Below, piece after piece: positions 8,246-18,152 of a DNA stretch of 64,000 nt. The first letter of the stretch is position 1. Every line of letters starts with the position of its first letter. The stretch covers positions 2,106-66,105 of the forward strand of contig DYFQ01000007.1 of assembly GCA_020725105.1 (NCBI GenBank), given 5' to 3'. A program made the translations under genes and the position numbers. The DNA comes from Symbiobacterium thermophilum. Its GTDB lineage: Bacteria; Bacillota; Sulfobacillia; DYFQ01. The notes under the pieces are model-generated. The model made no database searches, was not told the origin of the DNA, and worked only from the letters and a program-made list of their open reading frames with translations.

Positions 8246-10580
8246 CGGGTGGTGGCGGCCGGGCCTGCTTGGCCTGGTCCTGGCCGGCCTGACGTGGGCG
8301 GTGGCCGGCCGGGGGGGCCAGGAGGTCGCGAGGGCCGTTCCGGCGGCGTCCGCCGGCCGGGTATACCTGGTGCTGGTGGATCACCTTCGCCCTCAAGACA
8401 TGTTGGCGTCGGGAGGCGGCTGGGCCGAACTGCGCCGGCAGGCCTCCCTGGGCCTGCTGAACACGGCCACCCGCAACTACCTGGATCGCGGGGCCGGCTT
8501 TCTGACCCTGGGGGCCGGTTCACGGGCCAGCCAGGCGGACGGCACCGAGCGGGCCTACGATCTGGAGGAACGGACGGAAGGGTCTCCGGTTGCCAAGGTC
8601 TACCACCGGCGCCTGGGACGCCCGCCGCCACCGGGAGCCGTGGTGCACCCCGGCATCGCCGCCGTCGAGCGGGCTCACCACGGCTTCCGGCCGTCCGTCC
8701 GGCCGGTAGCCCTGGGCGAGACCCTCCGCCGCGCCGGCATCCCGCGGGCCGTAATCGGCAATGCCGACCTGCCGGGCAAGCCGGACCGCCTGGCGGCTGC
8801 CGTGCTGATGGACTGGGACGGGGTGGTGGACGCCGGAGCGGTCGGCCCCGGGCTGGTGGCCGCCGTGCCGGACGCGCCCTTTGGCCGCTGGACGGACTGG
8901 GACGCGGTCGAGGACGGCCTGTGGGGGGCATCCGGCGGCGGCCCGGCGGACTGGGAGCGGGGAGTGATCGCCGTCCATCTGGGAGACCTGTACCGGGTGG
9001 ACGCCTACCACCCCGAGGCCACGGACGCCCAGGTCGACACGTGGTGGCGCGCCGCCGTCTCCGAGGCCGGCGACCTGGTGTCAAGACTCCTTCGGGCGGT
9101 GGACCTTTCCCGGGACGTGGTGATCGTGCTGGCCCCGGTGCCGGCCACCTCAGAGGCGGAAGCGGGCAACACCCTCACCCCCATCGCCATCGCCGGGCGC
9201 GGCTTCGAGCCTGGTCAGTTGCTGGTCTCCCGGTCCACTCGCCGCCCGGGGCTGGTGACCAACACCGACGTCGCTCCCACCGTGCTGGCCCACTTCGGGC
9301 TGACGCCGGTGCTACCCATGGAGGGCCGGCCCCTCGGTTCGGGAGCCGCGCCGGCGTCGGGAGCCGAAGCCTACCTCCTCAGGCTTGTTCGCCGGACGAC
9401 GCCGGTTCAGCAGGTCCGCTGGACCTTTGTCCGGCTGTGGGTCTTTGCCCAGCTGGGGCTCGGCGGCGCGGCCCTGGCCGCCATCGCGCTGGCGATGCCC
9501 CACGGCAGGCCGCTGCGCTGGGCGCTCCCGGCGGTGGCCGCCGGGCCGGCAGCCGCGTGGCTCGCGGCGACCTGGGAACCTCCCGACGCCGCGCTGCTGC
9601 TGGTGAGAGTACTGGGCCTCACGGCGGTCCTCATCCTGGCGGCCGCGGCGGGTGGCCGCGCCTGGGAACTGGCCGCCGCCCGCCGGTGGCCCGGCAGGCC
9701 GGTGCCGGGCGAAGGGGTGGCGGCGGCCTTCACGCTGCTCACCCTGACGACCGCCGCGGTACTGGCCGTGGACGTGGCCCTGGGAGCGAGGGTGCTGCCT
9801 TACAGCCTGCTGGGCTACTCCCTGGTCAGCGGTGCCCGCTACTACGGTATTGGCAACGAGTTCGCCGGCGTGTTCCTGGCCGGGGCGCTGGTGGGCGTGA
9901 CCGCCTTCGTGGATCTGGTCGCGGGTCCCGACGGCGGGGGGAGGCCAGGCCGGATCGCGACGGCGACCCTGGTTCCGGCGCTGGGGGCCGTGTGGCTGGG
10001 CTGCCTGGTCCTGGTCGGCTGGCCGGGTCTGGGCGCCAACTTCGGGGCCGCCCTCGCCGCCGCGGCTGGCTTCAGCCTGGCCTGGCTCCGCCTGGCGGAC
10101 CGGGCGTCGGGCCGGCGGCAGGCGTTCGGGGTGGCGGCGGCGGTGGCCGGTGTCGGCCTGGCGCTGGCCGGGGTCGAGGCACTGGGTCTCGCCGGGCCAG
10201 CCTCCCACCTGGGCCAGGCCGTAGGCCTCGCCCGGGAATCGGGCCCGGCCGCCCTGGCCGGTATCGCCGAGCGCAAGCTCGCCCTCAACTGGAAACTGGT
10301 GCGGATGACCGTGTGGGGCTGGGCCTTCTTCGGACCGCTGGCCGCGCTCACCGTCCTGCTCTACGTGCCCCGCGGGCTGCTCCGGAGGGTGCTTTCCCGC
10401 TTCCCCCGGCTGGCGGCCGGGCTGGCCGGCGCCGTGGCCGCCGGCCTGGTGGCGCTGGTGACCAACGACTCGGGGGTCGTCGCGGCCGCGGCGGCCCTGG
10501 CGGCGCCGGCGGCGCTGGTGCTGGCTCTGGCGGTGGAGGAACGCTGCGGAGGACCCGGCGCCGGCGGCACGAAACACTGA
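8232..10580 (+). CDS. Multi-pass membrane protein with an extracellular alkaline-phosphatase-like domain
   Basis: N-terminal TM, STRRPGLVTNTDVAPT, about 10 C-terminal TMs with GARYYGIGNE, GANFG and NDSGV; overlaps the GT4 stop. Confidence 0.7.
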   Translation: MAGADGWWRPGLLGLVLAGLTWAVAGRGGQEVARAVPAASAGRVYLVLVDHLRPQDMLASGGGWAELRRQASLGLLNTATRNYLDRGAGFLTLGAGSRASQADGTERAYDLEERTEGSPVAKVYHRRLGRPPPPGAVVHPGIAAVERAHHGFRPSVRPVALGETLRRAGIPRAVIGNADLPGKPDRLAAAVLMDWDGVVDAGAVGPGLVAAVPDAPFGRWTDWDAVEDGLWGASGGGPADWERGVIAVHLGDLYRVDAYHPEATDAQVDTWWRAAVSEAGDLVSRLLRAVDLSRDVVIVLAPVPATSEAEAGNTLTPIAIAGRGFEPGQLLVSRSTRRPGLVTNTDVAPTVLAHFGLTPVLPMEGRPLGSGAAPASGAEAYLLRLVRRTTPVQQVRWTFVRLWVFAQLGLGGAALAAIALAMPHGRPLRWALPAVAAGPAAAWLAATWEPPDAALLLVRVLGLTAVLILAAAAGGRAWELAAARRWPGRPVPGEGVAAAFTLLTLTTAAVLAVDVALGARVLPYSLLGYSLVSGARYYGIGNEFAGVFLAGALVGVTAFVDLVAGPDGGGRPGRIATATLVPALGAVWLGCLVLVGWPGLGANFGAALAAAAGFSLAWLRLADRASGRRQAFGVAAAVAGVGLALAGVEALGLAGPASHLGQAVGLARESGPAALAGIAERKLALNWKLVRMTVWGWAFFGPLAALTVLLYVPRGLLRRVLSRFPRLAAGLAGAVAAGLVALVTNDSGVVAAAAALAAPAALVLALAVEERCGGPGAGGTKH

Positions 10581-10620
10581 TGCGGGTGGGGCTGCCGGCA
10601 CGGCGGTGGCGTGAAAGGGG

Positions 10621-11484
10621 ATGGCGCGGTTGAAACTGGTTCGCTTCCGGGCGGGACGCCGCGTCCGGTGGGGTGCGCTCGAGGGCGACACCGTCAGGGA
10701 ACTGCTGCGCAGCCCGTTTCAGGGGCTGGAGGCCGGCGAGGCGACGTACGCGGCCTCGGAGGTGCGGCTGCTGGCGCCGTGCGCGCCTTCCAAAGTGGTC
10801 TGCGTCGGCCTCAACTACCGCGACCACGCCGCGGAAGGCGGGCACGAGGTGCCCGAGGAGCCGCTCTTGTTCCTCAAACCACCGACCGCCGTGATCGGCC
10901 CGGGAGACGCCATCGTGTACCCGCGGATGAGCAACCGGGTGGACCACGAGGCTGAACTGGGCGTGGTGATGGGGCGCCGGGCCCGCAACGTGACGCCGGG
11001 CGAGGCGATCGACTTCGTGCTCGGCTACGTCTGCGTCAACGACGTCACCGCCCGGGACCTGCAACGGCGGGACGGGCAATGGACCCGCGCCAAGGGGTTC
11101 GACACCTTCTGCCCGGTCGGCCCGCTGATTGACACCGGAGTGGACCCCGGGAACCTTGGGATCGAGTGCCGGGTGAACGGGGTCCTGAAGCAGTCGTCAA
11201 CCACGCGGGAGATGATCTTCCCCGTCCCCGCCCTTGTGAGCTTCATCTCCCAGGTGATGACCCTGTTGCCCGGCGACCTGATCTGCACCGGAACCCCGGG
11301 CGGGATCGGCCCGCTGCAGCCCGGCGACGAGGTGGAGGTGGCCGTGGAGCACCTGGGTTCGCTCCGCAACCGGGTGGTTGCCGCGGGGACCCTGTCGCGC
11401 CAGGGTCCGGGCGCTCAACACGCGCGCGGGAGCGAGAAAACAAGAGCTCGAAGGGGGATTGTCGATGGGAACTGGACCCGTTGA
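10621..11484 (+). CDS. Fumarylacetoacetate hydrolase family protein
   Basis: KVVCVGLNYRDH, DHEAEL, NDVTARD, KGFDTFCPVGP and TGTPGG motifs. Confidence 0.92.
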   Translation: MARLKLVRFRAGRRVRWGALEGDTVRELLRSPFQGLEAGEATYAASEVRLLAPCAPSKVVCVGLNYRDHAAEGGHEVPEEPLLFLKPPTAVIGPGDAIVYPRMSNRVDHEAELGVVMGRRARNVTPGEAIDFVLGYVCVNDVTARDLQRRDGQWTRAKGFDTFCPVGPLIDTGVDPGNLGIECRVNGVLKQSSTTREMIFPVPALVSFISQVMTLLPGDLICTGTPGGIGPLQPGDEVEVAVEHLGSLRNRVVAAGTLSRQGPGAQHARGSEKTRARRGIVDGNWTR

Positions 11485-11524
11485 CGGTTCTTGGCGAACC
11501 TTGACGGTTGATCGTTAACCTTTA

Positions 11525-11552
11525 TTGACAGAGGCGCTGTTTTTGCTACAAT
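11525..11552 (+). promoter_or_regulatory. SigA-type promoter of speD
   Basis: TTGACA-16 nt-TACAAT with a TG extended -10. Confidence 0.7.
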
Positions 11553-11647
11553 GAATTCTGGTCTGCAACCGGCCGACCGGCAGCGCATGCCGGAGGAACG
11601 GGGAGGTTGAAAGGGACCGACAACTCACCGCGGGGGGGCTGATCACG

Positions 11648-12058
11648 ATGGATGCTCTGGGCCGGCATGTGTTGGCCGAGATCTACGGCTGCCCTCATGA
11701 TGCGCTCAACGACCTGCATCAGGTCGAGCAAGTCATGGTCAGCGCTGCCCTGGCAGCAGGCGCCGAAATCCGCGAGGTCGCATTTCACAAGTTCAGTCCG
11801 CAGGGGGTATCGGGGGTGGTGGTCATCTCCGAGTCCCACCTGGCGATCCACACCTGGCCGGAGTACGGCTACGCGGCTGTCGATGTCTTCACCTGCGGTG
11901 ACCGCGTCGATCCCTGGGACGCCTGCCGGTCCATCGTCGAGCGGCTGGGCGCCACCCACATGACCGCGTCGGAGGTAAAGCGGGGGCTCTTCACCCCGCT
12001 GGCCGCGGGCAACCGGGTCCGCCCGGCGCCCGTCCGCACCGTCGACCGCGCCGGGTGA
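11648..12058 (+). CDS. speD: S-adenosylmethionine decarboxylase proenzyme
   Basis: [24 protein letters not shown] self-cleavage motif and DVFTCG. Confidence 0.95.
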   Translation: MDALGRHVLAEIYGCPHDALNDLHQVEQVMVSAALAAGAEIREVAFHKFSPQGVSGVVVISESHLAIHTWPEYGYAAVDVFTCGDRVDPWDACRSIVERLGATHMTASEVKRGLFTPLAAGNRVRPAPVRTVDRAG

Positions 12059-12164
12059 CTGGCCGGGGCGCCGGCGGCCTGACGGAGCGCCTGCCAGTCT
12101 GGCTGTGAGCGGCCGCCGGGAGCGGCCCTGCCGGAATAGAGACTCAACCCCGGAAGAAAAGCTA

Positions 12165-12200
12165 CCGGGCGAGGCAACCGGCCTCGCCCGGCTTCATTGT
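12165..12200 (+). terminator. Putative intrinsic terminator after speD
   Basis: 11-bp stem CCGGGCGAGGC/GCCTCGCCCGG followed by CTTCATTGT (weak U-tract). Confidence 0.5.
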
Positions 12201-12377
12201 TGTGGCCGTGCGGGGGCCGGCCGGGGCGCGGGGTCGCGGGAGACTCGCGGCAGGCGGTAGAGGCGTGCCGCCGGCGGTGGTATAATGGGGGGCGGTAAAA
12301 GAAGTGCGCAAATTCTTGAATACTGGTCCCGGCGCCCGGCCGCGGTGGGTTCGCCGGCACGAGGAGGAGAGGCGATC

Positions 12378-12791
12378 ATGCGGGTAGCGCTGGAGACCAC
12401 CCGTTACGGCTTTGGCCGGACCGTTCCCCTGGACTACGAAACCGCCGTCCAGCGGGTGACCGAAGCCCTCAAGGCTGAAGGCTTCGGGGTGCTGACCTCC
12501 ATCGACGTCAAGGCCACCCTCAAGGAAAAGCTCGGCGTCGACGACTTCCGGCGCTACGTGATTCTCGGTGCCTGCAACCCGCCCCTTGCCCACCGGGCCT
12601 TCTCCGAGGAACTGGAGATCGGGCTGTTGCTGCCCTGTAACGTCGTGATCTACGATACCGGTAACGGCACGTCCCGGGTCGCGGTCATGGACCCGGAGGC
12701 CGCCCTGGGCGTGGTGGGCAACCCGGGCCTTGAGCCGCTGGCCCGTGAGGCCAAGGCCCGGCTGCGGCGGGCCCTGGCGGCTCTGGGCTAG
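12378..12791 (+). CDS. DUF302 domain protein
   Basis: GFGVLTSIDV, YVILGACNPPLA and IGLLLPCNVV motifs; GAGGAGG RBS; TG-N-TATAAT at 12278-12286. Confidence 0.9.
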   Translation: MRVALETTRYGFGRTVPLDYETAVQRVTEALKAEGFGVLTSIDVKATLKEKLGVDDFRRYVILGACNPPLAHRAFSEELEIGLLLPCNVVIYDTGNGTSRVAVMDPEAALGVVGNPGLEPLAREAKARLRRALAALG

Positions 12792-12797
12792 GGGCGG

Positions 12798-13397
12798 CTA
12801 CGCGTCCTTGCCCGCCAGCACGGCCTCGTCGGCCCGGCGATAGCTGCACAGGCCTTCCTCACCGAACCAGTGGCGGATCTCGTGTGCCGCTTCCTCGACG
12901 GTGGAGGAGGCGTGGAGCAGGTTCTGGATGGCCCGCCGCAGGGCGTTGGCGACTACCGGAGAGTCGGAGGAGAACCGCCCGCGGAGGGAACCGGGGTCGG
13001 CGTTCAGCGGCAACGTGTGGCCGCAGAGCTTCCGGACGACGCCGATGGCGTGGTAACCCTCCAGCACCATGGCCACCACCGGGCCGGAAGTCAGGTAGTC
13101 AATGTTCCAGCCCTTGATGATCTCGCCGATGGCCATGGGATCGTCGGTTCCCATCTCGGCGACGGGGTCCTTGCCGTGTTCGGCGTAGCTGTTCAATGTC
13201 TTCTCGCCCATGCCCCGGATCCACTCGGGCGTGTTGGGGTAGTGGTTGGCCACGTGGTCGCGGGACGCCTGGACCAGCCGGAGGCCGACCAGTTTCAGCC
13301 CCACTTCCTCGAAGGCGGTCAGGATCTTGCCCACCAGTCCCCGCTTGACGCCGTCAGGCTTGATCAGAACCAGTGTGCGCTCCAGAGGCGCGTCCAA
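12798..13397 (-). CDS. ndk: Nucleoside diphosphate kinase
   Basis: ERTLVLIKPDGVKRGLVG, TSGPVVAMV, PGSLRG and NLLHAS motifs; TTG start after GGGAGGG. Confidence 0.92.
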   Translation of the reverse strand: MDAPLERTLVLIKPDGVKRGLVGKILTAFEEVGLKLVGLRLVQASRDHVANHYPNTPEWIRGMGEKTLNSYAEHGKDPVAEMGTDDPMAIGEIIKGWNIDYLTSGPVVAMVLEGYHAIGVVRKLCGHTLPLNADPGSLRGRFSSDSPVVANALRRAIQNLLHASSTVEEAAHEIRHWFGEEGLCSYRRADEAVLAGKDA

Positions 13398-13525
13398 GAT
13401 CGAACCCTCCCGAGCCAATGCTGTGGGGGAAAAGCACCACCTCCCAGCATAACCAAGGGAGGGAGCGATTACCATACCGGAGTCGAAGGTAATCTGTCCG
13501 GAGCCGGTACGGGAAGGGGTGAACG

Positions 13526-14392
13526 GTGTCGGCCACCGCCCTCTGGGCCGGCGGACTGCTGGTGGCGGGGCTGGCGGCCCTGGGCTACGGCACCTGGGTC
13601 GAGCCCGACCGGGCCGAGGTCACCCGCACGTGCTTTTACCTGCCGCGCTGGCCCCGCGGCCTGGACGGCTTCAGGATCGTGCAGGTTTCCGACTGGCACG
13701 GCCGGACAGCCTTCCGGGGGATACCACTCCACCGGTGGGTCAACGAGCTGGCGCCGGACCTGGTGGCCGTCACCGGCGACCTGGTGGACGACGGGCGCGA
13801 CCTGGACCGTGCCACGGCGGAACTACGGGCGATGGACGCCCCCCTCGGCGTCTACTTCGTCACCGGCAACCACGACCTGGACCCGGGCAGGCGGGGACCG
13901 GGCCTCGAGCGGCTGGCCCGGGCCCTCGAGTCGGCCGGCGTCGTCAGGCTGGCCAACTCCGGCCGCCGGCTCCTGGCCCGGGGGGAGAGCTTCTGGCTGG
14001 CCGGGGTGGAGGATCCGTCGCTCCACCGCGACGACCTGGCGGCGGCGCTGCGGGGACGGCGAGCGGACGAAGCCGCCATCCTCCTGGCCCATGCCCCGAT
14101 GCTCGTTGAACGCGCGGCCGTGGCCGGCGTGGACCTGGTCCTGGGGGGGCACACCCACGGCGGCCAGGTGCGCCTGCCCGCCCTGGGCAGCCTGGCCCTC
14201 CGTTACAAGGGCGAGCACCGGTACGTGGCCGGCCGGTACCGGGTGGGGGCGACCGAACTCTTCGTGACGCGGGGCGTGGGTACGGTGATCCTGCCGGTCC
14301 GCTTTCTGTGCCGGCCGGAGGTGAGCCTGCTGCTCCTGCGGGCCGGGCACGGCCCGGCCAAAGGTGTTGTCCCTCCCGGTGGCGGCTGGTAG
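13526..14392 (+). CDS. Membrane-anchored metallophosphoesterase (YkuE/YaeI-like)
   Basis: SDWH, TGDLVD, GNHD and GHTHGGQV motifs. Confidence 0.9.
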   Translation: MSATALWAGGLLVAGLAALGYGTWVEPDRAEVTRTCFYLPRWPRGLDGFRIVQVSDWHGRTAFRGIPLHRWVNELAPDLVAVTGDLVDDGRDLDRATAELRAMDAPLGVYFVTGNHDLDPGRRGPGLERLARALESAGVVRLANSGRRLLARGESFWLAGVEDPSLHRDDLAAALRGRRADEAAILLAHAPMLVERAAVAGVDLVLGGHTHGGQVRLPALGSLALRYKGEHRYVAGRYRVGATELFVTRGVGTVILPVRFLCRPEVSLLLLRAGHGPAKGVVPPGGGW

Positions 14393-14433
14393 AATTGATT
14401 CCGGCACGAAAAGGCGTTCGCCGGGTGATCGCG

Positions 14434-15237
14434 ATGGTCCGGATCGGCACCTCGGGGTTCAGCTTCAAGGACTGGATCGGCCCCTTCTACCCGGACGGAA
14501 CCCGGCCCGGGGACATGCTGCGCCTGTACGCCCGGCACTTTGACGTGGTGGAACTCGACTTCACCTACTACAGCATGCCGGGCCTGAAGACCATGCTCGC
14601 CCTGGAGCGGAAGACCCCCGACGGGTTCGAGTTCTGCGTCAAGGCCAACCGGGCCATGACCCACGAGCCGCCCGCGGACCGGTCCGAACTCGCCCGCGTC
14701 TTCGAGGCCTTCCGTTACAGCCTCGAACCGCTGGTGGAGGCAAGAAAGCTGGGCTGTCTCCTGTTCCAGTTTCCCTGGCGCTTCCGGCCCGGGGCCCAGG
14801 CCGCCGACTACCTGCGGCGGCTTCCCGGGCTGCTGCCCGATCTCCCCCTGGTCATCGAGTTCCGCCGGCGGGAGTGGGTGGAACCCGGGACCCGTAACGA
14901 GACGGTCGCGTTGCTCCGCCAGGCCGGGCTCGGGTTTTGCGCCGTGGACGAACCCCCCTTGCGCGGCCTGATGCCCCGGCTGGTCCTGGCGACGTCCCCG
15001 GTTGGTTACGTGCGCTTCCACGGCCGCAACGCGGCCAGGTGGTGGCGGCACGAGAACCCCTCGGAGCGCTACGACTACCTCTACAGCGTCGAGGAACTGA
15101 CCGACTGGATCCCCCGCATCCGGGCCATCGAGGCGGCCACCGAGAAGACCTACGTGCTCTTCAACAACTGTCACGTGGGCCACGCCCCCCGCAACGCCCG
15201 GATGATGCTGGATCTGCTGGCCGGGGACGCGGCCTGA
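14434..15237 (+). CDS. DUF72 domain protein
   Basis: IGTSGFSFKDWIGPFYP, LFQFP, EFR, YVRFHGRN and FNNC motifs. Confidence 0.9.
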   Translation: MVRIGTSGFSFKDWIGPFYPDGTRPGDMLRLYARHFDVVELDFTYYSMPGLKTMLALERKTPDGFEFCVKANRAMTHEPPADRSELARVFEAFRYSLEPLVEARKLGCLLFQFPWRFRPGAQAADYLRRLPGLLPDLPLVIEFRRREWVEPGTRNETVALLRQAGLGFCAVDEPPLRGLMPRLVLATSPVGYVRFHGRNAARWWRHENPSERYDYLYSVEELTDWIPRIRAIEAATEKTYVLFNNCHVGHAPRNARMMLDLLAGDAA

Positions 15238-15458
15238 CGCTCCGGCGCCTGCCGGCAACCGGTGGTAGCCGGACGGCCGTGATGGCCCCCTCGGGGACGG
15301 GCCAGAGGAGGCGCTGCCCGGCGAATGGCGCCCGCGCGGACGGAGGAGGCGAGTCGCGTGCAGTATGATCCAGAGCAACCTGAAGGCGGTCCTGCGGCGC
15401 CCGGAGCGGATCGAGACGGCGCTCGGGGAGTCGCGGTCCGCGGACGGAGGGACGGCCC

Positions 15459-16637
15459 TTGAGCTACCTGCGCAGCCTGGAGTGTCCCGAGTGCGGCGCG
15501 GCGTACCCGCCCCAGGAGGTCCAGCACCTGTGCGCCTGCGGGTCGCCACTTCTGGCCCGTTACGACACGGACGCCATCGCCGCCCGCACCCGCCGTGAAG
15601 ACCTGGCCGGCCGGCCGCCCACCCTGTGGCGCTACCGCGAGTTCCTGCCGCTGGCCGATCCCGCGGCACGGGTCAGCCTGGGCGAGGGGATGACCCCGTG
15701 CCTGGAGGCCCGGCGCCTGGGGGCCGCCCTGGGGCTGCGGGACCTCTGGCTGAAGGACGAGGGCACCCTGCCCACCGGCACCTTCAAGGCCCGCGGGGCC
15801 GCCGTGGGCGTGTCCAGAGCCCGGGAACTGGGCGTCACGGATGTGGCCATGCCCACCGCCGGTAACGCCGGCGGCGCGTGGGCGCTCTACGCCGCCCGGG
15901 CGGGGTTGCGGGCCCACATCGCCATGCCCTCCGACGCCCCGGCCGTGAACCGGCTGGAAGTGAGCCTGGCGGGGGCCGATCTGCGCCTGGTCGACGGCCT
16001 CATCTCCGACGCCGGCACCCTCATCGCCCGGGAGGGCCAGGCGCGGGGTTGGTACGACGCGGCCACGCTCCGGGAGCCCTACCGCCTGGAGGGCAAGAAG
16101 ACCATCGGGCTGGAACTGGCCGAGCAATTTCGCTGGGAGGTTCCCGACGTCATCGTCTGCCCGACCGGCGGCGGGGTCGGCCTGATCGGGATCTGGAAGG
16201 CCCTCGACGAACTGGAGGCCGCCGGCTGGCTCGGCGGGCGGCGGCCGCGGCTGGTGGCCGTCCAGGCCGAGGGCTGCCAGCCCATCGTCAGGGCCTTTCA
16301 GGCCGGGGCGGCCCGGTCGGACTTCTTCTCGGGCGCGCGGACGATGGCGGCGGGACTCCGGGTTCCCAAGGCGCTCGGCGACTTTCTGGTGCTGCGGGCC
16401 ATCCGGGAGACCGGCGGCACGGCGGTGGCCGTTTCGGAAGAGGCCATTCTGGAAGGCGTTGGCCTCCTGGCCCGCCTGGAGGGGATCCTGGCCTGCCCGG
16501 AAGGCGCCGCGGCGGTGGCCGGGTGCATGAGGCTGCGGGACGAGGGCTGGCTGGCTCCTTCCGACCGGGTGGTGGTGCTGAACACCGGTTCGGGGCTGAA
16601 GTACCCGGAGGCGATGGCGGCTGCCCTTCGCGCGTAG
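15459..16637 (+). CDS. thrC: Threonine synthase family protein, paralogue 1
   Basis: N-terminal CxxC/CxC, LGEGMTP, PTGTFKARG, TAGNAG, EGKKT and NTGSGLKY motifs. Confidence 0.8.
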   Translation: MSYLRSLECPECGAAYPPQEVQHLCACGSPLLARYDTDAIAARTRREDLAGRPPTLWRYREFLPLADPAARVSLGEGMTPCLEARRLGAALGLRDLWLKDEGTLPTGTFKARGAAVGVSRARELGVTDVAMPTAGNAGGAWALYAARAGLRAHIAMPSDAPAVNRLEVSLAGADLRLVDGLISDAGTLIAREGQARGWYDAATLREPYRLEGKKTIGLELAEQFRWEVPDVIVCPTGGGVGLIGIWKALDELEAAGWLGGRRPRLVAVQAEGCQPIVRAFQAGAARSDFFSGARTMAAGLRVPKALGDFLVLRAIRETGGTAVAVSEEAILEGVGLLARLEGILACPEGAAAVAGCMRLRDEGWLAPSDRVVVLNTGSGLKYPEAMAAALRA

Positions 16638-16790
16638 CTGGTCGTTGGCGGGACCTGTAATCTCGCCGCCAGGCCGGCCCCGGCAGGGGACGGCGGCCAG
16701 ACCGCCGAAGGTTCCCGTTGACCGACGCCTACAACAGCATATCGCTCCAAAGCACATCGCTCCAACCCACCAGCCGAGGAGGCGGGCGAT

Positions 16791-17006
16791 TTGGAGATGG
16801 CGGAGACCCAGGTCGAGTTCCTCTGCCTGCGGTGTGGGGCGCAAGGGCTGGCTCGGGCGGTTGCCGCCGGACAGGACCCGGCAGACGGGGCCGACGGGTC
16901 AGGGCGGGTCAGCATCGGCGAGCCGTCGTGTCCGCGGTGCGGGAGCCGGCTGCGAGCCTACAAGGTGCGCCTCCAGCGGGTACCGCTGGCCGCGGCAGGG
17001 GTCTAG
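16791..17006 (+). CDS. Small zinc-ribbon protein
   Basis: CLRC...CPRC pair; GAGGAGG RBS 8 nt before TTG. Confidence 0.65.
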   Translation: MEMAETQVEFLCLRCGAQGLARAVAAGQDPADGADGSGRVSIGEPSCPRCGSRLRAYKVRLQRVPLAAAGV

Positions 17007-17177
17007 GGGTCTCGGCGAGACCACAGGGGTCGCGACAGGCGGCAGGCTTCCGCCGTCGGTTTGAGGGGAACCGGCGGCCGGCGGCCGTTTTGTTTCCGGC
17101 ATAGGGCCGGCGCGGCCGGGGAGGGAGTCGGGGCGGGTTCGCGGGGCGCGCCGAGGCAGAGCGAGGAGGCTTGTGTC

Positions 17178-18152
17178 ATGGCGGCGGTTGAGCCGAGTGC
17201 CGCGCAGAAGGCCACCACCGGAAAGATGGCCCTGGGGGAGGTCGCCTACTTCAGAGGGTCCTTCGTTCCCCTGGCCGAGGCCAGCGTCAGCCTGGCAACC
17301 CACGCCCTCAACTACGGCACCGGTTGCTTCGAGGGCATCCGCGCCTACTGGAACGGCGACCACCGGCAGCTTTACGTGGTGAAGCTGGCCCAGCACTATG
17401 AGCGCCTGGTCCGTTCCTGCCGCGTGCTCCGTATCGACCCGGGGCTCACGGTGGAGAGCATGGTCGAGGTCACCCTGGAACTCCTGCGGCGGAACGGATT
17501 CCGGCAGGACGCCTACATCAGGCCGCTGGCCTTCAAGGGCGGGCTCACGCTGAAGCTGGCGCTGACCGGGGTGGAAGACGCCTTCGGCATCTACTGCCTG
17601 CCCATGGGCGAGTACCTTGACACCGGCCGGGGGCTCCACGCCTGCGTCTCGTCGTGGTTCCGCCTGGACGACAACGCTCTGCCTCCCCGGGCCAAGGTCA
17701 CCGGGGCTTACATCAACGCCAGCCTGGCCTCGGACGAGGCCCAGATAAACGGGTTTGACGAGGCCATCATGCTCACTCCCGACGGCCATGTGGCGGAGGG
17801 CTCTTCCTGCAACCTGTTCATGGTCCGGGACGGCGTGGTCATCACCAGCCCGCTCACCGACGGGATCCTCGAGGGCATCACTCGGGAAGTCATCCTCGGC
17901 CTGGCCCGGGACCTGGGTTACCCGGTGCTGGAGCGTTCCATCGACCGGACTGAGCTGTACGTGTGCGACGAGCTTTTCTTCTGCGGTACCGGCGTCCAGG
18001 TGGCGCCGGTGACCCGGGTGGACCACCGGCCGGTGAACGACGGCCTGCCGGGCCCGGTAACCATCCGGATCCAGCAGGCGTACTTTGACGCGGTGCGCGG
18101 CCGCGAACCCCGCTATCGCGACTGGCTGACGCCGGTGTATCCCTGTGGCTGA
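17178..18152 (+). CDS. ilvE: Branched-chain amino acid aminotransferase
   Basis: HALNYGTGCFEGIRAY, AKVTGAY, EGSSCNLF and ILEGITR motifs. Confidence 0.92.
   Translation: MAAVEPSAAQKATTGKMALGEVAYFRGSFVPLAEASVSLATHALNYGTGCFEGIRAYWNGDHRQLYVVKLAQHYERLVRSCRVLRIDPGLTVESMVEVTLELLRRNGFRQDAYIRPLAFKGGLTLKLALTGVEDAFGIYCLPMGEYLDTGRGLHACVSSWFRLDDNALPPRAKVTGAYINASLASDEAQINGFDEAIMLTPDGHVAEGSSCNLFMVRDGVVITSPLTDGILEGITREVILGLARDLGYPVLERSIDRTELYVCDELFFCGTGVQVAPVTRVDHRPVNDGLPGPVTIRIQQAYFDAVRGREPRYRDWLTPVYPCG

Noticed and set aside
16791..17006. LysW-type amino-group carrier or sulfur carrier protein
   Set aside because: No C-terminal EDWGE or GG motif.
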